DNA of 62,181 nucleotides, filler included, from Vermamoeba vermiformis (Eukaryota), in the NCBI GenBank assembly GCA_045837725.1. It is 6 parts of 6 records of this genome, joined end to end, with 100 filler letters (N's around TTAATTAATTAA, not from the genome) between each part and the next. Parts side by side here need not be neighbours in the genome. Positions count along the whole stretch, not along the records: positions 24,539 to 33,550 come from JBEWZL010000183.1; positions 33,651 to 47,766 come from JBEWZL010000186.1; 4 more parts are not named here. One strand, written 5' to 3'. Shown here one piece after another: positions 24,539 to 36,901 of this stretch (position 1 is its first letter; each line of letters opens with the position of its first letter). A model generated the notes under the pieces. It was given only the letters and a program-made list of their open reading frames with translations. It did not search any database and had not been told where the DNA came from. A program made the translations under genes and the position numbers.

Positions 24539-26967
24539 TGATGGTTACAGGTATGTATTGGCAATCACAACAGGTTAATTCTAACCATGACATCAGATTT
24601 ACTGAGGATAAATCGTACTTGAAGAATTTCATATCATTTTTGCAGCAATACTACTCCAACACGAACTCTGCCAGAGCTAAACTTAAATACTCAGCATGGA
24701 CATATGAAGCACTGAAAAGTTTTCCTGTTCAAAATTCTGCCACAGAATGCGGTCCAATGTTACTTCGTGGAGCTCTGGACCTGGCTTACATTGACTCTGA
24801 TAAGCAATTTCAGTGGACAGAACAAGACACTCCTTTCCTTCGTAGGTGGTTTGCAGCTATTATTAACAGTTGGGTACATGGCTCAAAGAGAACAATGCAC
24901 GAATTATTCACCCAAAAATCTGCTGTTGCTGCAGCTCCACAAGTAACAACAACAATAAATCAATCATTACCTGCGTATACAAATTCCCCAACAAAGAAGT
25001 CAGATACTGAAGTAGCTGTGTTAATGCAATCACAGCCAGACAGCGACCACTTGATTAACAACTTGTTACGTCTGCCATTATTGGACTTGTTGCGGCTAGC
25101 AATCTTAGCCAGGATTGCTCTTGCAGATAACTCGTGCAATAGACACCGTGACTATAGAAAGCAAAAGGATTGGCTTTTGGACAAGATAGACCAATGGCCT
25201 CAGAATATATTACAGCAAATTCCAACATTAAAAAAGAGCTACTTAACTCTTGTGCTGCAGTCTGACTTCTGTTATCCAACTGGCAATTTGCGTTCTGACT
25301 TTGGAATGGGCCTTCTTTGTTGGACTACAAAGTGTTGCAGCTCAAGATGCATGTTAACTTTAATGCAAGATTTAATTGCAAATCAACTGGAGTGGAAGCA
25401 AAGTTCCAATGAAGATAGAAACAAATTCATTGCTTGGAAGTCAGAAAGAACAGTCTGTATCAAAGAAAACGAGACATACCGCTTTCGAAAAGAGAGAAAT
25501 CACTGTACTAGAGCATGGCAGGCAGTCTATGGGGTTCATTCAAAGCGAATGAAATTGGCTGCAAGTTTAAAGATTGGCCCAGAGAAGTCTGATGCATGGA
25601 AAGAAGCAGTGAAGCAGCTCAGTTCTCAACAATTGGAGGAAATTGATAACCATATCACTAAGACTTTGCTGCCAAATCCTTTTGCCCCTAAAGGAGTAAA
25701 AGATCATCAATATGTCCTCCCTCCCAATATTACTAGTGTTCACCAACTTTATTGGGACTACGTTTGGAATCATATTTCCCAGTGCTCACACTTCAAAAGA
25801 AATCAAAGGACATCAGATGGAGTTATTTTATTTGAAACAACAAAGAGAAAACTGGAAGGCAAAGAGAAGACACCTGTAATTAAGCGCCGTAGAGTTGAGC
25901 TTTCCTCCAGAGGATTCAGTTCACGAACAACTTTCATTCAATCTGGGGTGTACCAACAAATGAAAGAATCATCTCAGTTGCATTCACAGTTTTGTACTTG
26001 TGTTGTTCATTATGGATCGTGGTACAAGCACTTCAGCAGGCTTTGGAGTTCTCAAGTAACCTCAAATGCATTTGGCAGAACATGGTGCACAGCATGCCAA
26101 AGTTTCATCGATGAATCAACTAAGTGGCATCGCTTTAAGAACTCTCAATCTGAGGAAACTAAAAAATCCAAAAAGTACTTTGATGAACGAAGCAAATGGA
26201 AGGCAATCAAATTAGCATGGAGCAAACACTACTCACATGCACAACAAGAGAGAGAGCATCATGAATTACTCCGTCAACAGGCAGCAAATGGAACACTTCG
26301 GCTATTTTGCTTTGACTTTAAAACTAGTTTAGTTTGTCCCTACTGGGGTTACCATTGTGCTCCTAATCAAGTTCATTATCTCTCAAGAATGAATGCCTAT
26401 TTCTTTGGAATAGTTAATGAAGGAGACCCAGATTCATTTACTGGCTACGTGTATCCAGAAAACTTTGTGGACTCTGATGGACCAGCGGCAACAAAGAAAG
26501 GAGCCTCTCATGTAATTGCTATGCTCTATAACTTCATGCAAAGAAATGGCTTTACTGAAGATAAGAGGAAGACAGACAGAAAGTTACACTTTGCAGCAGA
26601 TAATTGCTCTGGTCAAAATAAGAACCAGCATGTTCTTAAGTTTTTCTGCTCAGCAATTGACCTTGGATGGGCTGACGATATTCTATTGGACTTCATGATT
26701 CCTGGACACACTAAATTTGGACCTGACAGATGGTTTGGCAAAATTGGCAAAGAAATCATCAGATTAGATGCTTGGAATATTGAACAACTTGTTGAAAACA
26801 TCAGGAAAAGTTTGTCATACAAAGAATATGTGGAAGATTTGCGAAAGCTAGATTGTGTCAACTTCAAAACTTTTCTAGATAGTCACTACCGCAAACCAGA
26901 CTCCCTCAAAGTTTCTGAGCAATATCACTTCTTTTTAGGGTTAGGGTTATATTCTCCATCCGGATGA
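24539..26967 (+). CDS. Sola-type (DUF7869-like) DDD transposase with N-terminal Ulp1/C48 peptidase C-terminal half; both ends incomplete
   Basis: PVQNSATECG and WTEQDTPFLRRW (Ulp1-like); CCSSRC and CTAC Cys motifs; CFDFK, ADNCSGQNKN, GHTKFGPDRWFG catalytic motifs. Confidence 0.75.
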
Positions 26968-26999
26968 ATCACCCTAAAAACCTTCTCCATTTTTACTAT

Positions 27000-27915
27000 T
27001 AAAATGCGAATGAGTTTGCTAAATAATGCGCATGAGTTCTCTAATAATGCGCATGAGTTCGCTAAATTAGTACAAAATTGTACCAAGAGTATGTTGAAAA
27101 ATAAAGTTTATTTTACTGTTACAGTACGTTGTACATGAAATTTCTATGTCAATTCCCATTATATGGGATTCGATTCAACTCATTCGCATGTAGACATCAG
27201 CATGAGGACATTCGCATGAAGACATCAGCATGAGAACATTCGCATGCTTCATCCGAATGACTGACACTAATGGGGCATGCGCACGTAAATTAAACATGCG
27301 AATGTATTTACTATCATGCGAATGCAGTAACGGACTGTCTGCCATGCGAATGTACTCGCTGCCATGCGAGTGCGATCACTTGATTGTCATGCGAATGTAC
27401 CCGCTGCCATGGTGTGATCACTTGACTGTCATGCGAATGCAATCACTGTCATGCGAGTGTAATCACTTGGCTTTCATGCGAATGTACTTGGCTGTCATGC
27501 AAATGTACTCGCTGTCATGCGAATGCAATCACTTGACTGTCATGCTAATGTACTTGACTGTAATGCTGTCATGCGAATGTACTTGGCTGTCATGCGAATG
27601 TACTTGGCTGTCATGCGAATGTACTTGACTGTCATGCGAATGCAGTAACGGACTGTCTGCCATGCGAATGTACTCGCTGCCATGCGAATGCGATCACTTG
27701 ACTGTCATGCGAATGTACCCGCTGCCATGGTGATCACTTGACTGTCATGCGAATGCAATCACTGTCATGCGAGTGTAATCACTTGGCTTTCATGCGAATG
27801 CGTTGGGTTTCATGCGAATGCATTGGCTGTCATGCGGATGGACTAACTCGCTGTCATGCGAATGCACAAGCTGGCTAACATGCGAATGCACTCCTTGGTT
27901 GTCATGCGAATGCTA
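27000..27915. repeat. Minisatellite array built on (TGTC)ATGCGAATG core, ~21-bp units with higher-order duplication
   Basis: Dozens of CATGCGAATG copies; block ~27316-27480 repeated at ~27633-27800. Confidence 0.9.
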
Positions 27916-28279
27916 ACGAGCAAGTATTAGTCTGATGCTCGGCGTTGCTCATCATGCTAATGTACTGGGGGATGCTGAAAGACAGGTGTCAAGTACTCGC
28001 CGTGCTCGCTCAGCTACGTGCTGCTGTCACTGTGATCACCACGAGTACCGGCCAAAGCTCAGCACGAGCCTAACAGTTATCAATACTGATGCCATGACAC
28101 CGATAACCATGCCGTTATAGAAATCGTTGCTCGTGCGCATGTGAAGCACCACCAAATAAACTAAAAAAAAACAAGTAAATAAGAGTGTTGAAGTAAATAC
28201 ATACATAATATTTATTAATTGTTTTTGTTTTTTTTTTGAATTTGATATTAAATATATATATAAAATACTCGTGGACAAA

Positions 28280-31187
28280 TTACATTGTCTTTTGTCTCTT
28301 CTCCTCTCGCTCTTGTTCGAGAAGTTTTGCCAAGGAGAACGTAGTAATCTTTCTCTTCTTCTCGGGGTTGGCAGCGGCGGGTGCATTGTTAGACGGAGTA
28401 CTACCATCGTTGTTGACAATGACAGGAACAGGCTTGTTGTACGAAACCTTCGGAACAGGCACCGGTGTGGGTGATGGCATCACTGGCACAGGCAAGGGGA
28501 CTTTTTGCTCTCGTTGTCCTAGTATGACCTTTGGACGACAGTACTTGACGACGGTGTTGGGCTTAGGTTTGCTTGGTTTCGGAGTCTTGCGAGCACTCTC
28601 GATGGACGTAGTTCTCCGGCTACAGTCACCGTACACAAGCTTACGGGATGGCCCTGGCTTCAAGTTCGTGTTTGCGCCAGTTCGCATGTTGGTGTTTGCG
28701 TCGGTTTTCAGGTTGGTATTTGTGCTTGTGTCCTTGTTCGTTTCCCATTCAGGTGGAGCATTCAAATCCAAAGGAGGCGTTGAGGGCGCGTTCGAATCCT
28801 CAGCAACAATCGAGTTGATCGTATGGGTAGGAGAGTCAGACGAAGAACGTGAACTGTGAGCAGCGTGGTAAGAATCAGACTCAAGAGCATCATCAGAATC
28901 AGAGACGATATGAGAAGATTCGATGGACTCGCACTCGGCATCACTCTCGTCGCTGTCCTCGCTGGCCTCACTTTCTTCACTTTCTTCGCTTTCTTCACTC
29001 TCGTCATCACTTCGGTCCTCGTCGCTCTTGTCGTCATCACCGGAATTAGCGCCAGAACCTCCTGATTCGCCTCCCGAGCTGGATCCATCAGCAGAGTCGC
29101 GTGAGCTGTCATCATTGCTCTCCTTCGAATCAGATGAAAAACCAGAAGACAGCTCCATAGAGCTGCTGTCAAGGCTGGACTTTTTTGTCGAGTAGCAACC
29201 TCCGATTGTAGCCCAGTACGTGTTGACGAGTGACATGAACGCAAGTAGCTTGGGCCCAGGCAAAGTTTGCTTGGTGCCATCTTTGAACAAGACTTCGAAG
29301 CAAACGGACTGTCTCTTGCCAACGAACTTGTGACCAACGATTCGGTCAATGCTGTCTGCAAAGTCGTCATGAGTCTTGTCGTAGCGCTTCTCAAACTTGT
29401 TGATGACGCTTGCCATGGCCTCGGAAGGAGCTATTCCAACCGTCTCGTTGACCTCCTTCAGCGTCTTTTCGTTGACACCAGCACGTTGAACTCTGTCGTA
29501 GTGCGTGCTCATAACGGCAGGTGAAGTATTGATCAGTGCTGCGTGCTTCTCGCTGAAAAACTTCGAGATGCCTTCGGTGTCGTTGTTCAAGTGATGTTCG
29601 GTCAGAAAAGAGACCAGCGCACGACGGAAATAAGCGCAGCTGATCGCTCTTCCTGGGAAGTAACTCGCAACGACATTGCTCACCACCTTCGAGAGTGTAG
29701 TGAAGTCTAAACGAGCGAAGGTTAGCGACAAGATGAGTTTGAAATAATTACTTACTAGGTGCGTTACCGTCTCGATTGACCCACATGGACTCAACTCCTT
29801 CGTTACGAACCAGAGGCAAGTAGTGCTCGAACCAAATTCGCAACGGTACTGCAAACGCTGCAGGTAGCAAGAAGAAATCTGTCTTGGCTCGCTTGACTTT
29901 TTCCGGTGGTGGGAAGAACTTGACAGTGTTTCCCTCGAAGACAATGTTCTAATTAAATAATCAGTAAAGTATTGATTAATGGAGCCGATTTGTAGTTCGT
30001 ACCGACACCGTCATTGAAGCCGTGAACTGTCGTCGTTGTCCTCCAAGATACATCATTCCAAGGACGAACAAGTTGCCCATGAAGTTGAACATTCCTTGTC
30101 GCGACAAAGCTGAACTTTGTCGCTCTTTCGTTAAGAACTTGTCATCCAAGTTGATGTAATACACCAACTTGTCACAGATGTGCGCGTTCAACTGCCGTAG
30201 CTCGTCTTGATGAAGCCACTGCCCAAGTAACATCAGGTTCTCAATAACCATTTTATTCGCGTTAGCCTTGGCTTCGTCTTTCGCTTCTGCAGGTCAAAAT
30301 AGTATCAGAATCGTAATCGTACAGCACATGTTCGCAACTTACTTGCACAAGGAGCACGCAGCAAATCCTCCACTGCATCAATCCGTGCCCTGTAATTGGC
30401 AAACTCTTCGAGACCCTATTACTGAATTAGATTACACGCCACGGCCACAAGTAGTTACTTACGTGAAGATACTTCAAGAACATTCGAATAATCTTCAGGC
30501 AATTTGCAATCGTGCTTGCAGACTTGCCCGTGGATTCGTACCACCGCGGAAAAGCGGCAGCCACGCGAACGTCCAGCAGATGACGAAGGTCTACTACGAC
30601 TGGCTTCACTTCCGTATCGACAAAACGAAAGAAGATGCCAAGCATAGAACGTGTTTCGGCGCCGCGATCAGAGCCTGTGTTGGACAAGTGCTTCTCTTTC
30701 ACCTTGAGTTCGTCTGCGACAGAGGACTTTTTCCTGGTCTTGCGCTCACGTTCGATATAAGTATCGAACAACTTCGGTACCTTGAAGTACTTGACCGAGA
30801 CTTGATCAAGCGAGAGAGCATTAATTCGTAGCGGCTTTCCTGTTCTTGAATCCCCTATTAAAAAAGTTAACAAGCTTAAACACCGGGACTAATTAGTCTT
30901 AAACTTACTTTCGGCAACAGCAAACTCCTTAGTTGCTAAGTCTTCAGGTACGTCTTCCATATCAACGACGACAGGAGCGTCGCTATACTGAAGCAAAGCC
31001 TTTTTGACGTTACTGAGCTCAGTGCGAAGCCTTTTAATCTCCGACGAATCTGGTTAGACTGTAAGACTCGGTTACGGAATTACTGAAGGGCTTACCATTC
31101 ATAGTCGCCGTAGACTCTTTTTTCTTATCCACGTCCTACAAATTGTCAATAAATATTATTAAAATTCTGTTGTGTTACCTTCTCCAT
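28280..31187 (-). CDS. Tyrosine recombinase with C-terminal chromodomain-like region and acidic/Ser-rich tail (multi-exon)
   Basis: Spliced product has GGQRRQ (R), EKVKR (K), YFRR (HxxR position), AALINTSPAVMSTHY (catalytic Y), then SIDRIVGHKFVGKRQSVCFEVLFKDG. Confidence 0.7.
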
Positions 31188-31320
31188 GATTGCGAAAGAT
31201 AAAGATTGAAAAAACGCCTACGAAAAAAAAAAATTATTAACCACGTGACTTTTGACGAACAAAAATTTGTAAGTCCAAATATAGTACGTTCTGAAAATAA
31301 AATTAAGTAATCTCACAAGC

Positions 31321-31695
31321 ATGGAACCACACAACCAAACTCCGCTCCTCGATCAATACTACGGCAGTGATATGAGCGATGAGACGGTTGAGCAGGCATA
31401 TCTTAAGATTGAGGAGCTGCTTAGCTACGCGCGAGAGGACAGTAATAACACCATTCTTGTTGGCGACGGCGATGATATTGAGTGCGAACAAACCTTACCC
31501 TATGAACACGAGAACGACGAGAACGACGAGAAGAAGGAACGGGAGGTATTATCATGGCAAATCAAGGATCCACGCACGTGGTTAGAAAAAGATATCAATA
31601 AATCACCACGCACATGGTTTGAAGACAATTTCATAATGAAATTGCCTGAAGAAGAACGAGAAGAAGTCCGACGGAAATACAACAACGGTAACTAA
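31321..31695 (+). CDS. Small acidic hypothetical protein (cargo)
   Basis: 124-aa ATG-initiated ORF with coding-like composition, divergent from the YR gene. Confidence 0.5.
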   Translation: MEPHNQTPLLDQYYGSDMSDETVEQAYLKIEELLSYAREDSNNTILVGDGDDIECEQTLPYEHENDENDEKKEREVLSWQIKDPRTWLEKDINKSPRTWFEDNFIMKLPEEEREEVRRKYNNGN

Positions 31696-31766
31696 AAATA
31701 ACTCCGCCGGATAACCTCCGGTACAAAAATGTTAGTGATTAATAAATTATGCATTTAATTACAGAA

Positions 31767-33009
31767 ATGGAAGAGAAGTAAGTCCTACCTCATTCTAGTC
31801 TTAATTTTAACATGCCATAGCGAACTGCGATGCTTATGCTCGAAAGAACACGGACACTTTTACGTGCACTCAAAAGATTTTTCCGAGCAATGGTTTGGTA
31901 GAGGTGCGTTAGCTGGATTGCTAGGAATGACAAAGAACTCTTTCTGTTCTAAGCTATCGATCTACGTGCTTAATTGCCCGGCTGGCTGCGCACCGTTCAA
32001 CACGCGCAAAGTCTTTCATTCTAGCGGCAACGGCAGCCCAATACGCCCAGAACGTTACTATACGTTGGAAGAAGCCAACGATATACTGAGACAATGGCTT
32101 ACGCGCCCAGGAGGGAAAAAGGATTGGGTAAAGAGATTGCACGAGGCCAACGATTTTTTGAAAAACTTACCGGGGGTGCAGCTCGTTGTTGTAATCCAGC
32201 GATCAGAAGATAAGAAGTACTTCCAAATAGCACGCCAACAGCAAGTGCCGCTTGATGAGCGCGACACGCAGAACAAGCCTAAACCAGAAGCTTTTAACGA
32301 CGATAGTGTTGAAGCCGACTCCGAAGGATATTCTGCCGAAGCAATTGCTGCACTGACCGAGATGCAATCTGACTCGGCCGCGGATGAACTTGCCAAACCA
32401 GAGATAGAACCTAGCGTCGGTCACGTGATTGACCAAATAGAGCAGTCCGCGGAGATACATGCTCCCGGTGTTGGGGCAATACCAGAGTTTGCGGAATCTA
32501 GTGTCGGTCACGTGATTGACCAAATAGAGCAGTCCGCGGAGATACATGCTCCCGGTGTTTTTGGGGCAATACCAGAGTTTGCGGAATCTAGCGTCGGTCA
32601 CGTGATTGACCAAAAACAGCAGTCCACGGAGATACATGCTCCCGGTGCGGCCAACACCGTGCCAGAAATCATCGATGTTGATGAATTCGTGCTTCCTACT
32701 AAAGGTACGTTAGTAGTCTGTTACAATCGCATATTGATTAATTTCGCAGCGGAAAAAAATTGGAAGCAATCCTCGATTGAAACTATGTTAGAACCAAAGA
32801 GCGACACGTCAAAGCAATCTAAGAGAAAAACGAACAAAAGAAAATTGACCGTTGGTTTATCGAAGCCGTCGCCGCTCCCATTTAAGAAGCCACGTAACGT
32901 TAAAAAACAAAAGAAGAACAAGAAGGACAATGACACAATCAAACCACAAAAGAACGACTGCGACGACGATGATGACTTCGCAATACTTATTCCACCGATC
33001 ATTAAGTAA
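31767..33009 (+). CDS. Hypothetical protein with internal ~29-30-aa repeats and basic NLS-like tail (cargo)
   Basis: ORF 31864-33009 preceded by a short exon; SVGHVIDQ..QS.EIHAPG x3; Lys-rich C-terminus. Confidence 0.6.
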
Positions 33010-33081
33010 TTTTATTTATCAAATAAATGCAAAGCTACCAAATTTAGTTCGTAAATATCTACTATCTTAAATTCGAAAAGA

Positions 33082-33550
33082 ATGTCGACGACAAAAGCTA
33101 GTCCTTTCGCCCAAGCGTTAGTGTACTTGTAAGCGTTAAATATTAAGTAAAGTACTAACGTCTCTATAGCAAAACAAAGCCGGTCAGAGAAGTGAAGTAC
33201 GTAACACAACACAACTTGAAGGACACTAATGCTTCTTCACAGGGCCCAAGATATATTGACCAATGACGAACTTGGTGTCTATCTCGTTAACGAAAAGGGC
33301 AACCATATTTACCTAGCGCTTGACTTGGTACTGAAAATGCTACCGGAGAAGATGGTATTTGAGGAGCATGCCCGACTTCAACTAATTAAAGTAAACGGGC
33401 TTCGAGACATTTTGCGAGTTTTTGCTTCAACCGATCTGGATGTAATGACAAGAAGATTAGTAAAAGAAAATATTACCGATTCAAAAACACTGCTGCAAAA
33501 TATAAAAAACAAAATGGAGGAATATGACGTTTATGGCTACTTACACGTGT
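33082..33550 (+). CDS. 3'-truncated hypothetical protein, weak Bro-N-like resemblance (cargo)
   Basis: Short first exon plus ORF 33229; VYLVNEKGNHIYLALDLVLKML resembles the Bro-N N-terminal pattern. Confidence 0.4.
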
Positions 33551-33701
33551 NNNNNNNNNNNNNNNNNNNNNNNNNNNNNNNNNNNNNNNNNNNNTTAATT
33601 AATTAANNNNNNNNNNNNNNNNNNNNNNNNNNNNNNNNNNNNNNNNNNNNCGAAAGGTATTGTAAAAACCCAGTTGGGTATATTTCATTAATTTTAGACT
33701 A

Positions 33702-36700
33702 TCATTTGCTCAATCTCTTCTTTTCATAGTCAGCCCATACTTCATTCTTGCTTTGGTCTGCATCTATGAAGCAATTACGTGGCTCCCAGGACTGTTGTCC
33801 TCCGTCCCAAAGTACCAGCCACTCTAACTTACGTCCAACTTTTCGGTGGTCTATAATACTTTTAACTACCCATTCTGCCTCATCTGCAAACAAAAATGAG
33901 TAACAATTAAGAATAAACCTATGATTTGAAGGTACCTTCAACCTGCCGTTTACGCTTCTTTAAATTGACCATTGTTGGTTCTTTTTCTGATGAGACCACA
34001 AGCTCTGGTCCTTCACGTTTAACTTGGCCAATCTGGAACAATTCTGTCATAACTTTCACCTCTTCTGTTCTCTCCAGACCTTTGTAATATTCGATGCCCT
34101 GCAACATGTTAGTAACTGAATAGTAAAGTACAATCCTCACCTTTTCAGAAAGAAATTTAGAGGTCTTTGTCACTATTGTGGCTATCAACTCCTTGGACAC
34201 AGGGTTTGGTTGAAGTGCTACAGGTTCGGCTGACGGAGAATGACTAAACACTGATTCTTCAACTTCAATCCAATTTTCATCGAGAGATTTTTGTTTGAAC
34301 AGGAGTGTTGGAGTGCCATCAAGTCCTTTCTTTAGCCAAAAAGCATATTTGTCTTTGTGACCACTCATTGATGAGCAGAATGTGAGAAACCACTTTTTCC
34401 AGGAAAGAATGGGCCATTGGAGTTCATGAATATACACATCCTTGGGATAGATTGACTTTGCAAATGTAATAGCATCATTCATAGTTTCAATAACTTTCCA
34501 TTGGAAGTAAGTATGAAATGGTTGAAATAGTCGGTCAATATCTTCATGTGTGTGGCCAGGTTGTAAATAATGAATGAAAACCTCTTCAAACCACTCATTG
34601 TGCACTAGTAATGCTGCAAATTGAAGCAAATATTGATTTTTGCCTTCAGCTGCACTGTTATCTACTTGTAAATACAGTGTTGTTGGTCTATTTTGTGGTT
34701 GAATTGATAGCAAAGATTCTTTCAAATGATGGAACAGGAGTGAGATGTAAAAGTCTGCATCTGCAATGTAATCAGACTCCTTGAAAAACACTAACTCTTT
34801 CTTGTTCAGTCCGTGGTTAATGAAGCCTACAAAGCTTGCTTGCAAAAGGTTAATATTCGCCCATTCTTTTGGCATTGGATGGTGCTGAGGAAGTTGAAAA
34901 CTGCCACTTTTGTCTGTAATGATGCTCATCTTCAAGAAGGGTTGCTTAATGGCAATATCTGCTCTTTGCCGATACATCTGTCTGTCCTTTGTAATATAAT
35001 CTATGTGTTCATTCATCTGCTGTTTCAATTGCAACAGCTTATCTTCTGAAGGGCACTGTAGTCGCCGTTGTTTAATCAATAAACAGGTTGAACATTTGCC
35101 AAGTCGAGTCTCCTTCGGGCATTTAACATTCTAAAATCTTTAGCAAAATTGAAAGATGCACATAGTAACTTACTGCAAACCATTTGCGCTTGACCTGCTT
35201 GAAAGTTTCATAGCTTGGTGTGTCAGCTCCTGGGTGAAGATTGGCAAATTCACCAGAAAACAGATTGTACCATTCCTTCACACTTGCATTGGTTAGCAAT
35301 CACAGTATCAGAACAAGAACTTACGTCATGTGTGATGGTAAGTGAATTTCATCTTTAGTTGGCACATAATCACCATATGTATTGCAATAGTTTTGGATCC
35401 AAGCGGCTACTGAGTCTCTCTTTGGGGAGTCATACACCCAAAAGCAATTACCATGCATATGAGCCTTTGTTCCATTTAGGTATTGTTGCTTGCATTGAAT
35501 AACCTTGTCGACAGACACTCCATAAACTCTGCAAAATGCAAGCTGACAAACTGATACACCTCCTACCAGGAAAGCAACAGCTGGGCTATCAATGTTCATG
35601 TTTGTTTCAAAAAATTTCATCAGCCACTTAGTTTTCTGACTGTCATTGAGCTCAGCCACCATCTTGCGGCTTTCCAGAATCTGGCTGGTAGTGAAGAGTT
35701 CAGTACATCTAGCCTTACAACAGTTTGTAGCTGCAACTGGAAAATGTTAGTTAGATCTAAAATTTGCAAGTTATAAGTACCTTTGTTAATTGAATCAGCC
35801 CCAAGTAACTTTTGTTTTTTTAATGACTTGAGTTTTTCAGATGGAATGATATTCTTTGTTAGGACTTGGAACAGATTCTGCGAGGCAATTGGGGTACTTT
35901 CTGGCTGCACTTGCAAGGTAGTAAATAGGTCTTTTGCATTGATGGCTTTCGAAACAGGTGCAGAATTCTAACAAGAGTTAATGCTTAGAAGAACTAAACC
36001 AGGTTAAATTACCTGTCGTTTTAAGTACACAATGTGGTCATAATATATCTTAGATTTGCTTGTTTCAAGTGTTTCTGCCACTGGAGTGGCAATTCCTTCA
36101 TTTTGCATGCCATCATAGAAATACAAGACTGACTGTTGCACAAAATAGCATGTAGTGTGGGCTCCAGTGCACATCATTACAGCTAATAGGTCATACTGAC
36201 AATTGTTGACAGTTAAAACTGGCTCGATGGTTATATTTGGGTTGCTAAATTGCCTTTTGAGTCTTCCTAACTCGACAGTCAAAACTTGTGGCAACTCCAA
36301 TGTACCTACACAGTTTAATATCAAATTCATTTCTTCTAATTGAACTTACGATGTTCAACAGGTTGTATTCCACAATCATAGCAGTTGATGGGTAGCTGGC
36401 AGTTGTAGTCTGCTAAGTGGTTGAGTGCAGCTTGGAGTGAGAGTGTACTGTCAGTCAGTTTTTCTTCAACAAAAACTGCCACTTGATGAAATAGCTTTGT
36501 TGTTGTAGGACATTTGCAGTGGCTAACAACTTTAAGAGTAGAGACAAATAATGCTGATTCGGCAATTGACAGAGTTTTGAAAGCTGCCGTGAGTATTGCA
36601 CCAATTGAGACATAAGTCTTGCAAGGCACCCAGCCTACAACAGGACCAAGGGCATCTATCAGATCCAATTTTAATTGGTGTAGCCTTTCATTGGATAGTG

Positions 36701-36901
36701 GTCCATTATTAATCCAACCCGTCAATAGTTTAAAAAAGTCACTCTCAAACTTGTGTCCTGGCAATTTTTGCAGCACTAGCCGAAGAACGAAGCCAACTGT
36801 CTCAATAGTGCATAGGTCATTCATATCTACCATTGTTAGGTCATTCTATTAATAGTGCTTAACTTACTGTTAGAGCCCCATTGAAAGCCTTGGAATGTCA
36901 T
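33702..36901 (-). CDS. USP/C19-like peptidase - Sola-type DDD transposase - chromodomain fusion (about 9 exons)
   Basis: In-frame GT-AG splices join GFQWGSNNMNDLC, LPQVLTVEL, AVMMCTGAH...YFYDG (USP boxes), CCKARC, KCSTC, ITDKS, VDNSAAEGKN, GHTHEDIDRLF, and EWVVKSIIDHRKVGRKLEWLVLWDG..SWEP (chromo). Confidence 0.8.

Larger units (their letters stand above)
26935..33550. mobile_element. Putative tyrosine-recombinase (Crypton-like or virus-derived) element with cargo genes; right end lost in gap
   Basis: Abuts and truncates a transposase ORF; terminal minisatellite; YR gene plus three divergently oriented cargo genes. Boundaries are inferred. Confidence 0.5.

Noticed and set aside
28236-30831. 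Plus-strand ORFs (28236-28859, 30268-30831 and others)
   Set aside because: Antisense shadows of the YR gene exons
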